A DNA stretch of 35,785 bases from a virus (lineage: Duplodnaviria > Caudoviricetes). Each line of letters opens with the position of its first letter. Within the stretch, counting starts at the first letter, position 1. The position numbers and the translations under genes were made by a program. The stretch is from positions 1 to 35,785 of IMG/VR virus record IMGVR_UViG_3300014656_000076; one strand, given 5' to 3'. Positions 28,346-35,785 of this stretch are shown piece by piece. The notes under the pieces were generated by a model. That model had not been told where the DNA came from, searched no databases, and was given only the letters and a program-made list of their open reading frames with translations.

Positions 28346-28847
28346 ATGCCGTCCTCCGATAATAATTTCCCAGCCCTTTCCGCCTCGCCGTCTGCTGCAC
28401 CACGTTCACTAAGTGCGACAACTGCCGGTCATCCAGCCACCGCGGATGGTTCTTTTTGAAAAGCTTGTAACAAAGCCCATAAAGCGTTTTCGGCCTGTAT
28501 CCCATCTCCGTCCAGATCACGAAGACCATCCTGATCTGCGGATCATCCTCCTCGCGGAACCCGTACTCGATATCCGCATCGCCCTTTTTCCAGTCCCTGA
28601 TCTTCGCCGGCACCGCAGGCGCAAAGATCCGCTGCCCGCGCCCCTGAAAATAGGCGATCAGCTTATGCCTCTCCCCGAGGCTCATCTCGCTCAAACCGCC
28701 GACGGGCCGCTTCGCCACGTCGGACATCAGCTTGAGCCAGAGTACCTTGTCTTCGTTATAGGAGAATCCCGCCGCCGCCATCGCCTTGTGGATCAGCCGG
28801 TTCTGCACCTTGTAAATATCGCTCGCTTTTTTTACTTTTTGCTCCAT
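28344..28847 (-). CDS. GemA/Mu gp16-like regulatory protein
   Basis: LIHKA..GLSEMSLGERHKLIAYF..PQIRMVFVIW..WLDDRQLSHLV pattern; early region position. Confidence 0.65.
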   Translation of the reverse strand: MEQKVKKASDIYKVQNRLIHKAMAAAGFSYNEDKVLWLKLMSDVAKRPVGGLSEMSLGERHKLIAYFQGRGQRIFAPAVPAKIRDWKKGDADIEYGFREEDDPQIRMVFVIWTEMGYRPKTLYGLCYKLFKKNHPRWLDDRQLSHLVNVVQQTARRKGLGNYYRRTA

Positions 28848-28856
28848 CTTCTCTTC

Positions 28857-28995
28857 TTCTGACCCCTGACTTCTGACTCCTGACTCCTGTCTTCTGACTC
28901 CCCGCTCCTGGCTCCTGACTCCTGACTTCTGGCTCCTGACTTCTGGCTCCTGACTTATGACTCCTGACTTCTGACTTCTGACTTCTGACTTCTGG
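28857..28995. repeat. tcctgac/ttctgac heptamer array (intergenic)
   Basis: About 19 tandem units filling the gap between two genes. Confidence 0.92.
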
Positions 28996-29006
28996 ATCCC
29001 TTCCCC

Positions 29007-29702
29007 TCATCCCAGCGACGCCACCAGGTCCGTCATCTCCTGCGCCTTCGCCCTCATCGCAGCCAGACTCTCTTTCTTCAACAGCACGGCCCCGGGGCTG
29101 AAATATTTCTCCCTAAGAATTCTCAAAGTAGATGCAAATTTCTCCGGATCCCGCGTCATTTTAGAGAGCAGCGCGTCCACAATCTCCGGCGCCATCGGCT
29201 CCGCCGTCCTGGGGATCCCCTTCGCCACGATCGCCGTACGGTCCGTCAGATCGTCAAACTCGAAAGCGAGCTGCTCGACCGCCTCGACAACCGCCGCCCG
29301 CTTCCCCCTGGTCGCCTTCACGAGCCCGCGTAGGCCGCGTTTCCGCATCGTGTAATAATACTCCGACGCTTCCTCTTTCCCGGCCGCGACCCAGTACCCG
29401 CCGCCCTCTCCGGCCTTCGATATGACCGGGATATCGTCATGCTCTTCAAGAATGTGCGTCTGCATATACCGGACGTCCCGCTTCCATCGCTCGATTTCCA
29501 TCCTGTCCGTCGCAAAATCCGGGTTCAGCGTTTCCCCTCCAAAACCATAGGCAAAGAGGATCGCGAAGTCCTCGGCCGATATCGCATTCTTCATGCCCAC
29601 ATGATCAACCCACAAGAGCCCCACAAACACGCTCTCCGCATGCGTCAACCGCCGATCATGCACCCACGTTTTCAAATCATACCCGAGATCTTCCAGCTTC
29701 AT
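29007..29702 (-). CDS. Winged-helix-like hypothetical protein
   Basis: GGAGG RBS before MKLEDLG; NAISA..RDVR..IPVISKAGEGGGYWVA. Confidence 0.68.
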   Translation of the reverse strand: MKLEDLGYDLKTWVHDRRLTHAESVFVGLLWVDHVGMKNAISAEDFAILFAYGFGGETLNPDFATDRMEIERWKRDVRYMQTHILEEHDDIPVISKAGEGGGYWVAAGKEEASEYYYTMRKRGLRGLVKATRGKRAAVVEAVEQLAFEFDDLTDRTAIVAKGIPRTAEPMAPEIVDALLSKMTRDPEKFASTLRILREKYFSPGAVLLKKESLAAMRAKAQEMTDLVASLG

Positions 29703-29842
29703 GCCGCACCTCCATTTTCCGGGCTTCCCGCCAGGCCTTCGCATCTGTAATCATCTTATCGGAGCACTCGTCACATATCCCGTGAGATACCGCATCATAG
29801 CGCCCCGGCTTTCCTCCCATCGCCTTCCGGCACCACGCACAT

Positions 29843-29853
<11 letters not shown>
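29677..29853 (-). CDS. Small zinc-finger protein (58 aa, not in ORF track)
   Basis: Hand translation MRVECAWCRKAMGGKPGRYDAVSHGICDECSDKMITDAKAWREARKMEVRHEAGRSRV*; AGGAGG RBS; fills the gap and overlaps both neighbours. Confidence 0.75.
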
Positions 29854-30330
<477 letters not shown>

Positions 30331-30337
<7 letters not shown>

Positions 30338-30418
30338 GCTCCCTGCTCCCTGCTCCAGGCTCCCTGCTCCAGGCTCCCTGCTCCAGGCTCCCTGCTCCAG
30401 GCTCCCTACTCCAGGCTC
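30331..30418. repeat. ctccctg/ctccagg heptamer array
   Basis: About 12 units, partly alternating as a 14-mer, between the ATPase stop and the next start. Confidence 0.92.
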
Positions 30419-30419
30419 A

Positions 30420-31118
30420 TCAATTCCCCCGAAACCCACGTTTTATGGCCAGCTTCACCATCTCATCCGTCACCGCATTGCCCGGGTTCGCCTTGATGAT
30501 CTCCTCCAGGCTGCCGAGATCCCGTTTCACTAACCGGAAATCCCCCTCGGACGCATCCCGGATCAATTCCCCCTGATCCGCCGTGATCGCCATCCCGCCG
30601 CTTTCCTTGGCGAAAAACAAAATGTCTTTTGTCGTGATAGGCCCGAACTCGACCGCCCGCAGCGTCCGGCTCCAGATCCGCCGCTCGCGTTTCATTTTGT
30701 GCAGGATCAGCTTTTCGCCGACGAGAGCGAACGGGCAAAACGTCACGTCCGCCAGATCCCGGACCCACTCGATCAACGCATCACTGAGCTTATCCGCCTC
30801 ATCCACCAGCACGGTCCTCGGCTCTCGATGGAGTACATCCCGGATAGCCTCGAATGCTGCCTTTTTCCGCTTCGGCACCGGATCGATCTGCAGCTCGAAA
30901 CAAAGATCCTGCAACATCCAAAGCTCGGTCCACCCCTTCAGCGCCCGGCAGTAGGTCCACCCTTCCTGCGCCGCAAAAAACTGCGCAGCAGACGTCTTCC
31001 CCCGCCCCGCCTGCCCGTGAAACACCAGTAAACAGGGCTCTCCCGCCGATTTCTCGGCCTCGTGAAGAACCCCAATAAAATTCTTCACATTCTGCGTATG
31101 CACAAACACATTTTTCAT
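30420..31118 (-). CDS. MuB-like AAA+ transposition ATPase
   Basis: Walker A GQAGRGKT, Walker B VLVDEAD, R-finger region RIWSR; downstream of the transposase. Confidence 0.9.
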   Translation of the reverse strand: MKNVFVHTQNVKNFIGVLHEAEKSAGEPCLLVFHGQAGRGKTSAAQFFAAQEGWTYCRALKGWTELWMLQDLCFELQIDPVPKRKKAAFEAIRDVLHREPRTVLVDEADKLSDALIEWVRDLADVTFCPFALVGEKLILHKMKRERRIWSRTLRAVEFGPITTKDILFFAKESGGMAITADQGELIRDASEGDFRLVKRDLGSLEEIIKANPGNAVTDEMVKLAIKRGFRGN

Positions 31119-31134
31119 GTTGGTTCGCCTTTCG

Positions 31135-31482
31135 TTAGAAAATCCCCCGCCTAATCTGTATCAAGCGCCGCCCCGTCTGCCATGCCCAGTTAATCTCTTT
31201 CATGGGCTCCTCATCGCCCGTGAGATCGTGGTGAAACCGCTTGATCGCCTGACGGTGCAGCCCTTTAAGCATCATCTGCAGTTCATCAAGGGTGTACCTG
31301 GCATATATCGACCCATTAACCGGTCGATGTTGCCCGTGACCCCCGTATGAATAAGGGTTGGCATAAACATCCTTCACGTCCGCCCCGAGGATTGACAGGC
31401 ATCTATTCAAGCTCTTTCTCCGTTGAAACCGCCCCGGAAGTACCATCAGCGCCATCGTATTTTCCATCCAGCTCCTCTGCAT
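31135..31482 (-). CDS. J-domain-like protein (HHD instead of HPD)
   Basis: SLNRCLSILG..HRQAIKRFHHDLTGDEEPMKEINWAW follows the J-domain pattern; start uncertain. Confidence 0.5.
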   Translation of the reverse strand: MQRSWMENTMALMVLPGRFQRRKSLNRCLSILGADVKDVYANPYSYGGHGQHRPVNGSIYARYTLDELQMMLKGLHRQAIKRFHHDLTGDEEPMKEINWAWQTGRRLIQIRRGIF

Positions 31483-31579
31483 ATTCGTAAAGCTTCGAAC
31501 TGATCAATGAGATCGTTCGCGCCGTGTCCGCAATCACGGCGGCCGCCTGCTCGATGATGTCTGTCTTACGTTTCGACAT
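31403..31579 (-). CDS. Small hypothetical protein
   Basis: GGAGGAG RBS before MSKRKT; overlaps the transposase stop. Confidence 0.55.
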   Translation of the reverse strand: MSKRKTDIIEQAAAVIADTARTISLISSKLYEYAEELDGKYDGADGTSGAVSTEKELE

Positions 31580-33737
31580 CCGTCTCCTCCGGCCCCGCAA
31601 TAAACAACTCCCTCAAAAACTCAAACCGGCTTTTTAGCGATGCATAGAGGTTCGTCCCCTTGAAATACCGCATAAACGTCATGTCATCGAGCTCCATCTC
31701 GACGCCCTTGCACTCCCGCTCCAGTAGGTCTTCGTACCGGTCCGCCTCGCTCATATAGACCGGTTCCCGCCTTTTGGGCTTCAGCTCGATGACCTTCATG
31801 GCGGAGGCCTCCGCCTCGATCCGCTCCGCCTCGCCCCGGGTCAACCGCGCCTTCCCTCCTCCCCCCTTTACCAAAGGGGGGAGGAGGGGGATTTCTCCGA
31901 CACGCTCCGGTATCATCACCAGCGCCGGCGCATCCTCGATATAAGCCCGTGCCTCAAACTCAGTGCTCTTCTTGGCGGCACGCTTTTTCTTGATGCCGTC
32001 TTCGACCAAAACCAGGTCATCCTTTGTCCCCAGTAATTTCGCCATAGGATGCACCTTTTCAAGCGCATCTGCAGTGCAAAGAAACCTGGCCCCTGTGATA
32101 TCGTATACATGGACCCTTGACAGGTCCTCAAAATCATATTTGATGGTTACTCGCTCCCGGTACCCGTAAAGGGCTTCATCATAATAACTCCGCCCCCTAA
32201 ACGATACACCGTTTCGCCCGACTTTCTTGACATCAATGCTCATCATCAAATGACGCAGCGCAATTTCATCCACACCAGGTCCCCGCCCTGATTTGAAAAT
32301 CTCTCCAGGACAAAGCCCTTTCAGCCCCCTGTGCGGCCGTGACGCGTACTCGATCACCCAGCCCGTAATGATCCGGTTCGCTTCCTCGATCGTCGGAACC
32401 CACCCGCCATATTTTTTCTCGTGGATCTGTCTATGGAGTTTCTCGTTGCGCATCATGTGGGCCGGCTTATCCTGGATGGACGCGCCCGTGTAGGTGGGCA
32501 TGAGCCTCTCAAGCTCGTTAAATGTCCCGAAAAACCGCTCGACGGGTTTTGACTGGGCGTTATAGGGCCATGCAAAAATAGTGTCGATCCCGAGCCGCGC
32601 GAACATCCCGTAAAACCCCGCCTCCTCGAAATCGATATCACAAGAAGTAAAAACCTTGGCCCTGAACGCCTTGCCGTTGTCAAGGTATGCTATCTTTGGC
32701 ATCTTACCCAGGGTAAGGATTGCGTGACGGAGACCCGCGGCGACGCACTGCACGTTCTCTGTCGGCATGATCTCCCAACCGACAGGCATGCAGGATGCCC
32801 AGTCATACCAGGTTATCATTGTCATCCGGCCCGGTTTTCCTGTGAACGGGTTTAAAATCTGAAAGTTAAGAACATGCCCGTCCGCCACCAGCACGTCCCC
32901 TACGTCCAGCAGGTTTATATCGCGCTCCAGATACGGCAACCACTGGTCATTCAAGGCCTTCTCACCTTCCCTGCAAAACACCCACTTGTCATCATTCGTC
33001 TTCCGCCAGTCCTCGATCGCCCGCCTTAACGTGGCCTCATGCGAAGGGGACTCGACGCCCTGCTTCCTGAGCCTCATCTTCGTCAATTTTGTCACTTCAG
33101 CAATCCGGAGGTGATTGGGATGTAGGGCAAAAGACAAGAGCGTGTTAAACTCATCGTCTGTGACTTTTCGATGCCCCCGGTTCGTTCCCCATTTCGGAGC
33201 CAGCACGGCATAATCGTAGTTGGAATCACGAAACTTCTTTAACTGACGTTCAACGCTCTTAACTGATGTTTCCCCGATGGCCGCAAAAACATTAGGTAAA
33301 AGCATCCCCGTGTTGTACCCTTTCAAAAACAGATTCGCCGCCGCCACCTTTTTGAGACCCTTAGCCTTCGCCAGGTTCTTCTCGTTGACGTATGCCCGCA
33401 CCAGATCCGCCCACGCCAACGCGGTCTTATTCTGCCACCCCGCCAGCTCCGGCGATCCCACCGGCACACTTCTTGCAATTCCTTTATATGAGGATCCTGC
33501 CAGCGCTCCCCTATCTGCTATCAGCTCCCCCTTATGAGCTATCAGCTTTGAGCTATGAGCTACTATCGCCATCCTCACATCCTCCGGTAAATGCTCGACC
33601 AAAAACCGCTTATCCCCCCGCTTATTCACAACCTCCGCCAACCATCTCTCCTTCGCGGCCCTACGCTGTATCTTCCGCCTGGAAATTCCGAGCGCCGTCG
33701 CCAACTCCCGCACTGAGTAACTCTCCGATCCGGTCAT
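31566..33737 (-). CDS. MuA-like DDE transposase
   Basis: N-terminal HTH; catalytic VADGH, YLDNGKAF and SKPVERFF motifs; Mu-transposase C-terminal region (GVSFRGRSY..IKYD..VHVY). Confidence 0.95.
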   Translation of the reverse strand: MTGSESYSVRELATALGISRRKIQRRAAKERWLAEVVNKRGDKRFLVEHLPEDVRMAIVAHSSKLIAHKGELIADRGALAGSSYKGIARSVPVGSPELAGWQNKTALAWADLVRAYVNEKNLAKAKGLKKVAAANLFLKGYNTGMLLPNVFAAIGETSVKSVERQLKKFRDSNYDYAVLAPKWGTNRGHRKVTDDEFNTLLSFALHPNHLRIAEVTKLTKMRLRKQGVESPSHEATLRRAIEDWRKTNDDKWVFCREGEKALNDQWLPYLERDINLLDVGDVLVADGHVLNFQILNPFTGKPGRMTMITWYDWASCMPVGWEIMPTENVQCVAAGLRHAILTLGKMPKIAYLDNGKAFRAKVFTSCDIDFEEAGFYGMFARLGIDTIFAWPYNAQSKPVERFFGTFNELERLMPTYTGASIQDKPAHMMRNEKLHRQIHEKKYGGWVPTIEEANRIITGWVIEYASRPHRGLKGLCPGEIFKSGRGPGVDEIALRHLMMSIDVKKVGRNGVSFRGRSYYDEALYGYRERVTIKYDFEDLSRVHVYDITGARFLCTADALEKVHPMAKLLGTKDDLVLVEDGIKKKRAAKKSTEFEARAYIEDAPALVMIPERVGEIPLLPPLVKGGGGKARLTRGEAERIEAEASAMKVIELKPKRREPVYMSEADRYEDLLERECKGVEMELDDMTFMRYFKGTNLYASLKSRFEFLRELFIAGPEETDVET
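31854..31888. repeat. REP-like palindrome within transposase C-terminus
   Basis: Perfect 16-bp stem ccctcctccccccttt / aaaggggggaggaggg with a 3-nt loop; encodes PLLPPLVKGGGG. Confidence 0.85.
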
Positions 33738-34215
33738 TCTTCCATCTCACGTAAAAACATCATTCGTTTCCGCTTACTGGCCTTCGCCCGGGCGATCTCC
33801 TCATCCAGCTTCTGGATTTCGGACCGCAGCGCCTCCGGCCCCGGCATCACAAAAACGCCGGCCGTCTCGCCCATCACCCGCAGCGGATCGGTCGACCTGG
33901 TGACGGCGCAAAACGCCGCAAGTATTCGGCAGGGATATGCCTCCCCGGCCGACCGTTGATTTCGTCCGACTCCCGGGTCCAGGAATCAATCTGCTCTTTC
34001 GTGATCGTCTCTCCGAGTAAATGACTCATCTCCCCGGCGATCTGGTGCCGCGAGAACGGCGACCCCTTGATCGCGTCCCGGAGAGCGTTTTTTAATTTTT
34101 CGATGATTTGAAAGCTGCCTTGTGTCGCGGCGGGTTCCGGCCTGGAAAGATCCTTGAGCAGGTCAAAGATTGTAACCTGCCGTTTATCGTCAATATTGTT
34201 GCGAGACTTAGACAT
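33734..34215 (-). pseudogene. Early regulatory protein with a 1-bp frameshift near 33918
   Basis: Adding one base after HIPAEYL gives xAFCAVTRSTDPLRVMGETAGVFVMPGPEALRSEIQKLDEEI..REMEE*, whose stop overlaps the transposase ATG. Confidence 0.75.
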
Positions 34216-34242
34216 TGACACAACGCCTTTTCGGGTTTAGTA

Positions 34243-34473
34243 TCATACCAATTCCGGGTTTTTGCGTCTGGTCTTGCTGAAATAATACTCGGGGAAAACC
34301 TCATAGTGATGACGATCTATCTTGGCCGCGATCGTCTTCATAATCCTGTCGGATATGGACTCCTTCCGGATCACCTTGGATACCGCCATCTGACAGACAC
34401 CCATGTCATCGGCGATCGACTTCTGGGTTATCCCTTTTTTTCTGAGATCAAACTGTATCTCTAACGGTGTCAT
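34243..34473 (-). CDS. ner: Ner/Cro-like HTH regulator
   Basis: 76 aa; EIQFDLRKKGITQKSIA..IAAKI..EVFPEYY; near the start of the early operon. Confidence 0.8.
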   Translation of the reverse strand: MTPLEIQFDLRKKGITQKSIADDMGVCQMAVSKVIRKESISDRIMKTIAAKIDRHHYEVFPEYYFSKTRRKNPELV

Positions 34474-34504
34474 TTCAAACCTAACCCCTTAAAGGAGGCA
34501 TTAC

Positions 34505-34765
34505 ATGGACCAGAAAAACACAAAACCCGACACATGGGTAACTTTCGAGCATTCTATTGGAGGCTGCGGTGGTCATTTTCAAACCAGGTTGTCAATGCTT
34601 CGTGATTTTCCCGAAAAAGTCCTGTGTCCCGGATGTCCGTCATCATTGAACGATGATAAAATTGATGCACTGCGCGCCTTCGGTAACGCCGCAACGGATC
34701 TGATCGCAGCCAAGAATGTCCTTGAAAAAGCGTTCAGCCTTAAGCTGCTTGACCATCTCTGGTGA
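34505..34765 (+). CDS. Hypothetical protein antisense to early operon
   Basis: Strong AAGGAGG RBS; 86 aa with CPGC. Confidence 0.55.
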   Translation: MDQKNTKPDTWVTFEHSIGGCGGHFQTRLSMLRDFPEKVLCPGCPSSLNDDKIDALRAFGNAATDLIAAKNVLEKAFSLKLLDHLW

Positions 34766-34861
34766 TTTTGAAGGGCAATGCTCGCATGCCCATTCGATAT
34801 TTTCACCAAGCGCCCTGGTGCAGGTATCGATCTCCTGGCAATGTTCTGTTTTGTCCGGCAT
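34643..34861 (-). CDS. Possible first early gene, Cys-rich
   Basis: GGAGG RBS just downstream of the early promoter; overlaps the antisense ORF. Confidence 0.4.
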   Translation of the reverse strand: MPDKTEHCQEIDTCTRALGENIEWACEHCPSKSPEMVKQLKAERFFKDILGCDQIRCGVTEGAQCINFIIVQ

Positions 34862-34915
34862 GATCGCCTCCGTGAATTATCTTTTTTAAAAAAGTCTCTT
34901 GGTTTATGATTACAG

Positions 34916-34944
34916 TTTATAATCGTTATTCTTGGGTATGTCAA
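34916..34944 (-). promoter_or_regulatory. Putative early promoter
   Basis: TTGACA (34944-34939), 17-bp spacer, TATAAA (34921-34916), pointing to ner and the transposase. Confidence 0.75.
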
Positions 34945-35036
34945 GCATAAAAAACGTGTCCAATCAAAAAAGTGTTCTTAGATGCCATTTAAATAAATTA
35001 ACAAATAAATAAAGGGGGTTACAGGTGTTTTATATC

Positions 35037-35077
35037 TGTCGCAATCGATCGCGACATTTTGCGACACGATTGCGACA
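35037..35077. promoter_or_regulatory. Operator-like GCGACA repeats
   Basis: Three direct GCGACA copies at about 10-bp spacing plus an 11-bp inverted pair tgtcgcaatcg/cgattgcgaca, just before the divergent gene. Confidence 0.6.
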
Positions 35078-35088
35078 CGGAAAATAGG

Positions 35089-35583
35089 ATGAAATCTGAT
35101 ATTAGAGATGACAAATTTGCCGACCTCTTGATTAATTTGAGGCTTAAATTACCATTGCGTGGCGGCAGACAAGTTTTAAAAAAGGAAGTTGCGGAAGAGG
35201 CCGGAAGACCTTTTAATGTCCTTCTTCCCATACCCGTCCAGAAACCCGATGCGGTTCACCGTGATGTTTATGGCGCCGAAATCCTCCTCCACCTTTCCCT
35301 CCAGGATGTAGGGCCGCGATCCGTTCAGCAGATGGCAGTATCGGTGATATATCGGGGGGAAGAGGACGGTCTCATAGATGCCGGTGGCGTCCTCGAAGGT
35401 GATGAATTTCATGGGATCGCCGTCTTTGGTGTGGTTGTTTTTAATGGGGAGTTTTTGATTGGCGAAAAAGATTACATCCAAGAGCCAAGCATCACTGAAT
35501 CCGGCGCTATGCTTGAGCCTGAATTTATTGTCCGTTTTTCAGAAATAATGAAAGCGGGACGTCCGGGATTGCCGCTTCATTAA
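35089..35583 (+). pseudogene. Divergent repressor-like gene with interior replaced by foreign DNA
   Basis: Occupies the Mu c position; KFADLLINLRLKL..VLKKEVAEEAG resembles an HTH start, then runs antisense through a dnaE-like fragment. Confidence 0.5.
35205..35433 (-). pseudogene. dnaE: Fragment of DNA polymerase III alpha (DnaE/DnaE2) C-terminal OB-fold
   Basis: HTKDGDPMKFITFEDATGIYETVLFP..RPYILEGKVEEDFGAINITV; GC-rich island in AT-rich surroundings. Confidence 0.8.
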
Positions 35584-35592
35584 CCCCGGATT

Positions 35593-35747
35593 TTTTCTCA
35601 AATTAGATGCAAAAAAACCGCATTTTTCCCGCAAAATTCCCGAAATTTGAACGAGAGCTGAGAAATTTTATTTTCACTATAATGTATTGATATCCCTTCA
35701 CATCCCGCCTAATCCCACCCCCTCCCGCATTTCTCACCCCCCCTGCA
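35593..35747. repeat. Three putative transposase-binding sites (repressor-side end)
   Basis: Minus-strand TGCA-N7-TGAGAAA(A/T) at 35729-35747 and 35593-35611; plus-strand TGAA-N7-TGAGAAAT at 35648-35666. Confidence 0.8.
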
Positions 35748-35785
35748 AGTCAATAGAGGAGTCCATTCCCATCCTGAAATGGATG

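Noticed and set aside
28756-29010. ORFs made mostly of RSQESGV/RSQKSEV repeats (also 26724-27062)
   Set aside because: They are open only because the heptamer lacks stops on this strand; no independent coding evidence.
35176-35481. 101-aa ORF as a functional stand-alone DnaE protein
   Set aside because: Only a C-terminal OB-fold piece is present; the first 16 codons are unrelated and there is no clear RBS.

Overview
The window holds an apparently near-complete (~35.7 kb) Mu-like transposable prophage with a non-contractile tail (tube, tape measure, Dit, Tal, no sheath). Almost all genes are on the minus strand. From right to left: transposase-binding end repeats, a damaged divergent repressor-like gene, early promoter, ner-like gene, DDE transposase, AAA ATPase, accessory genes, a late promoter with a terminator-containing leader, lysis, packaging, head, neck, tail and fibre genes, then the second set of end repeats. 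The best candidate for an undescribed system is at 23448-23735: a 50-aa Com-like Cys4 zinc-ribbon gene missed by the ORF track, whose stop codon overlaps a sigma70 promoter. That promoter is followed by two GAGCGCC-containing repeats, one overlapping an intrinsic terminator ahead of the whole late operon, suggesting RNA-level antitermination. Other notable items: an O-antigen-ligase-family gene coupled to an exported protein inside the head-neck operon; a MuF protein with a GNAT-like extension and a small partner gene; an apparent intragenic inversion bounded by heptamer inverted repeats; about 15 heptamer tandem arrays at gene junctions; and two phage genes whose interiors seem replaced by foreign DNA. 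All product calls come from motif recognition and gene order by eye; no database searches were run.
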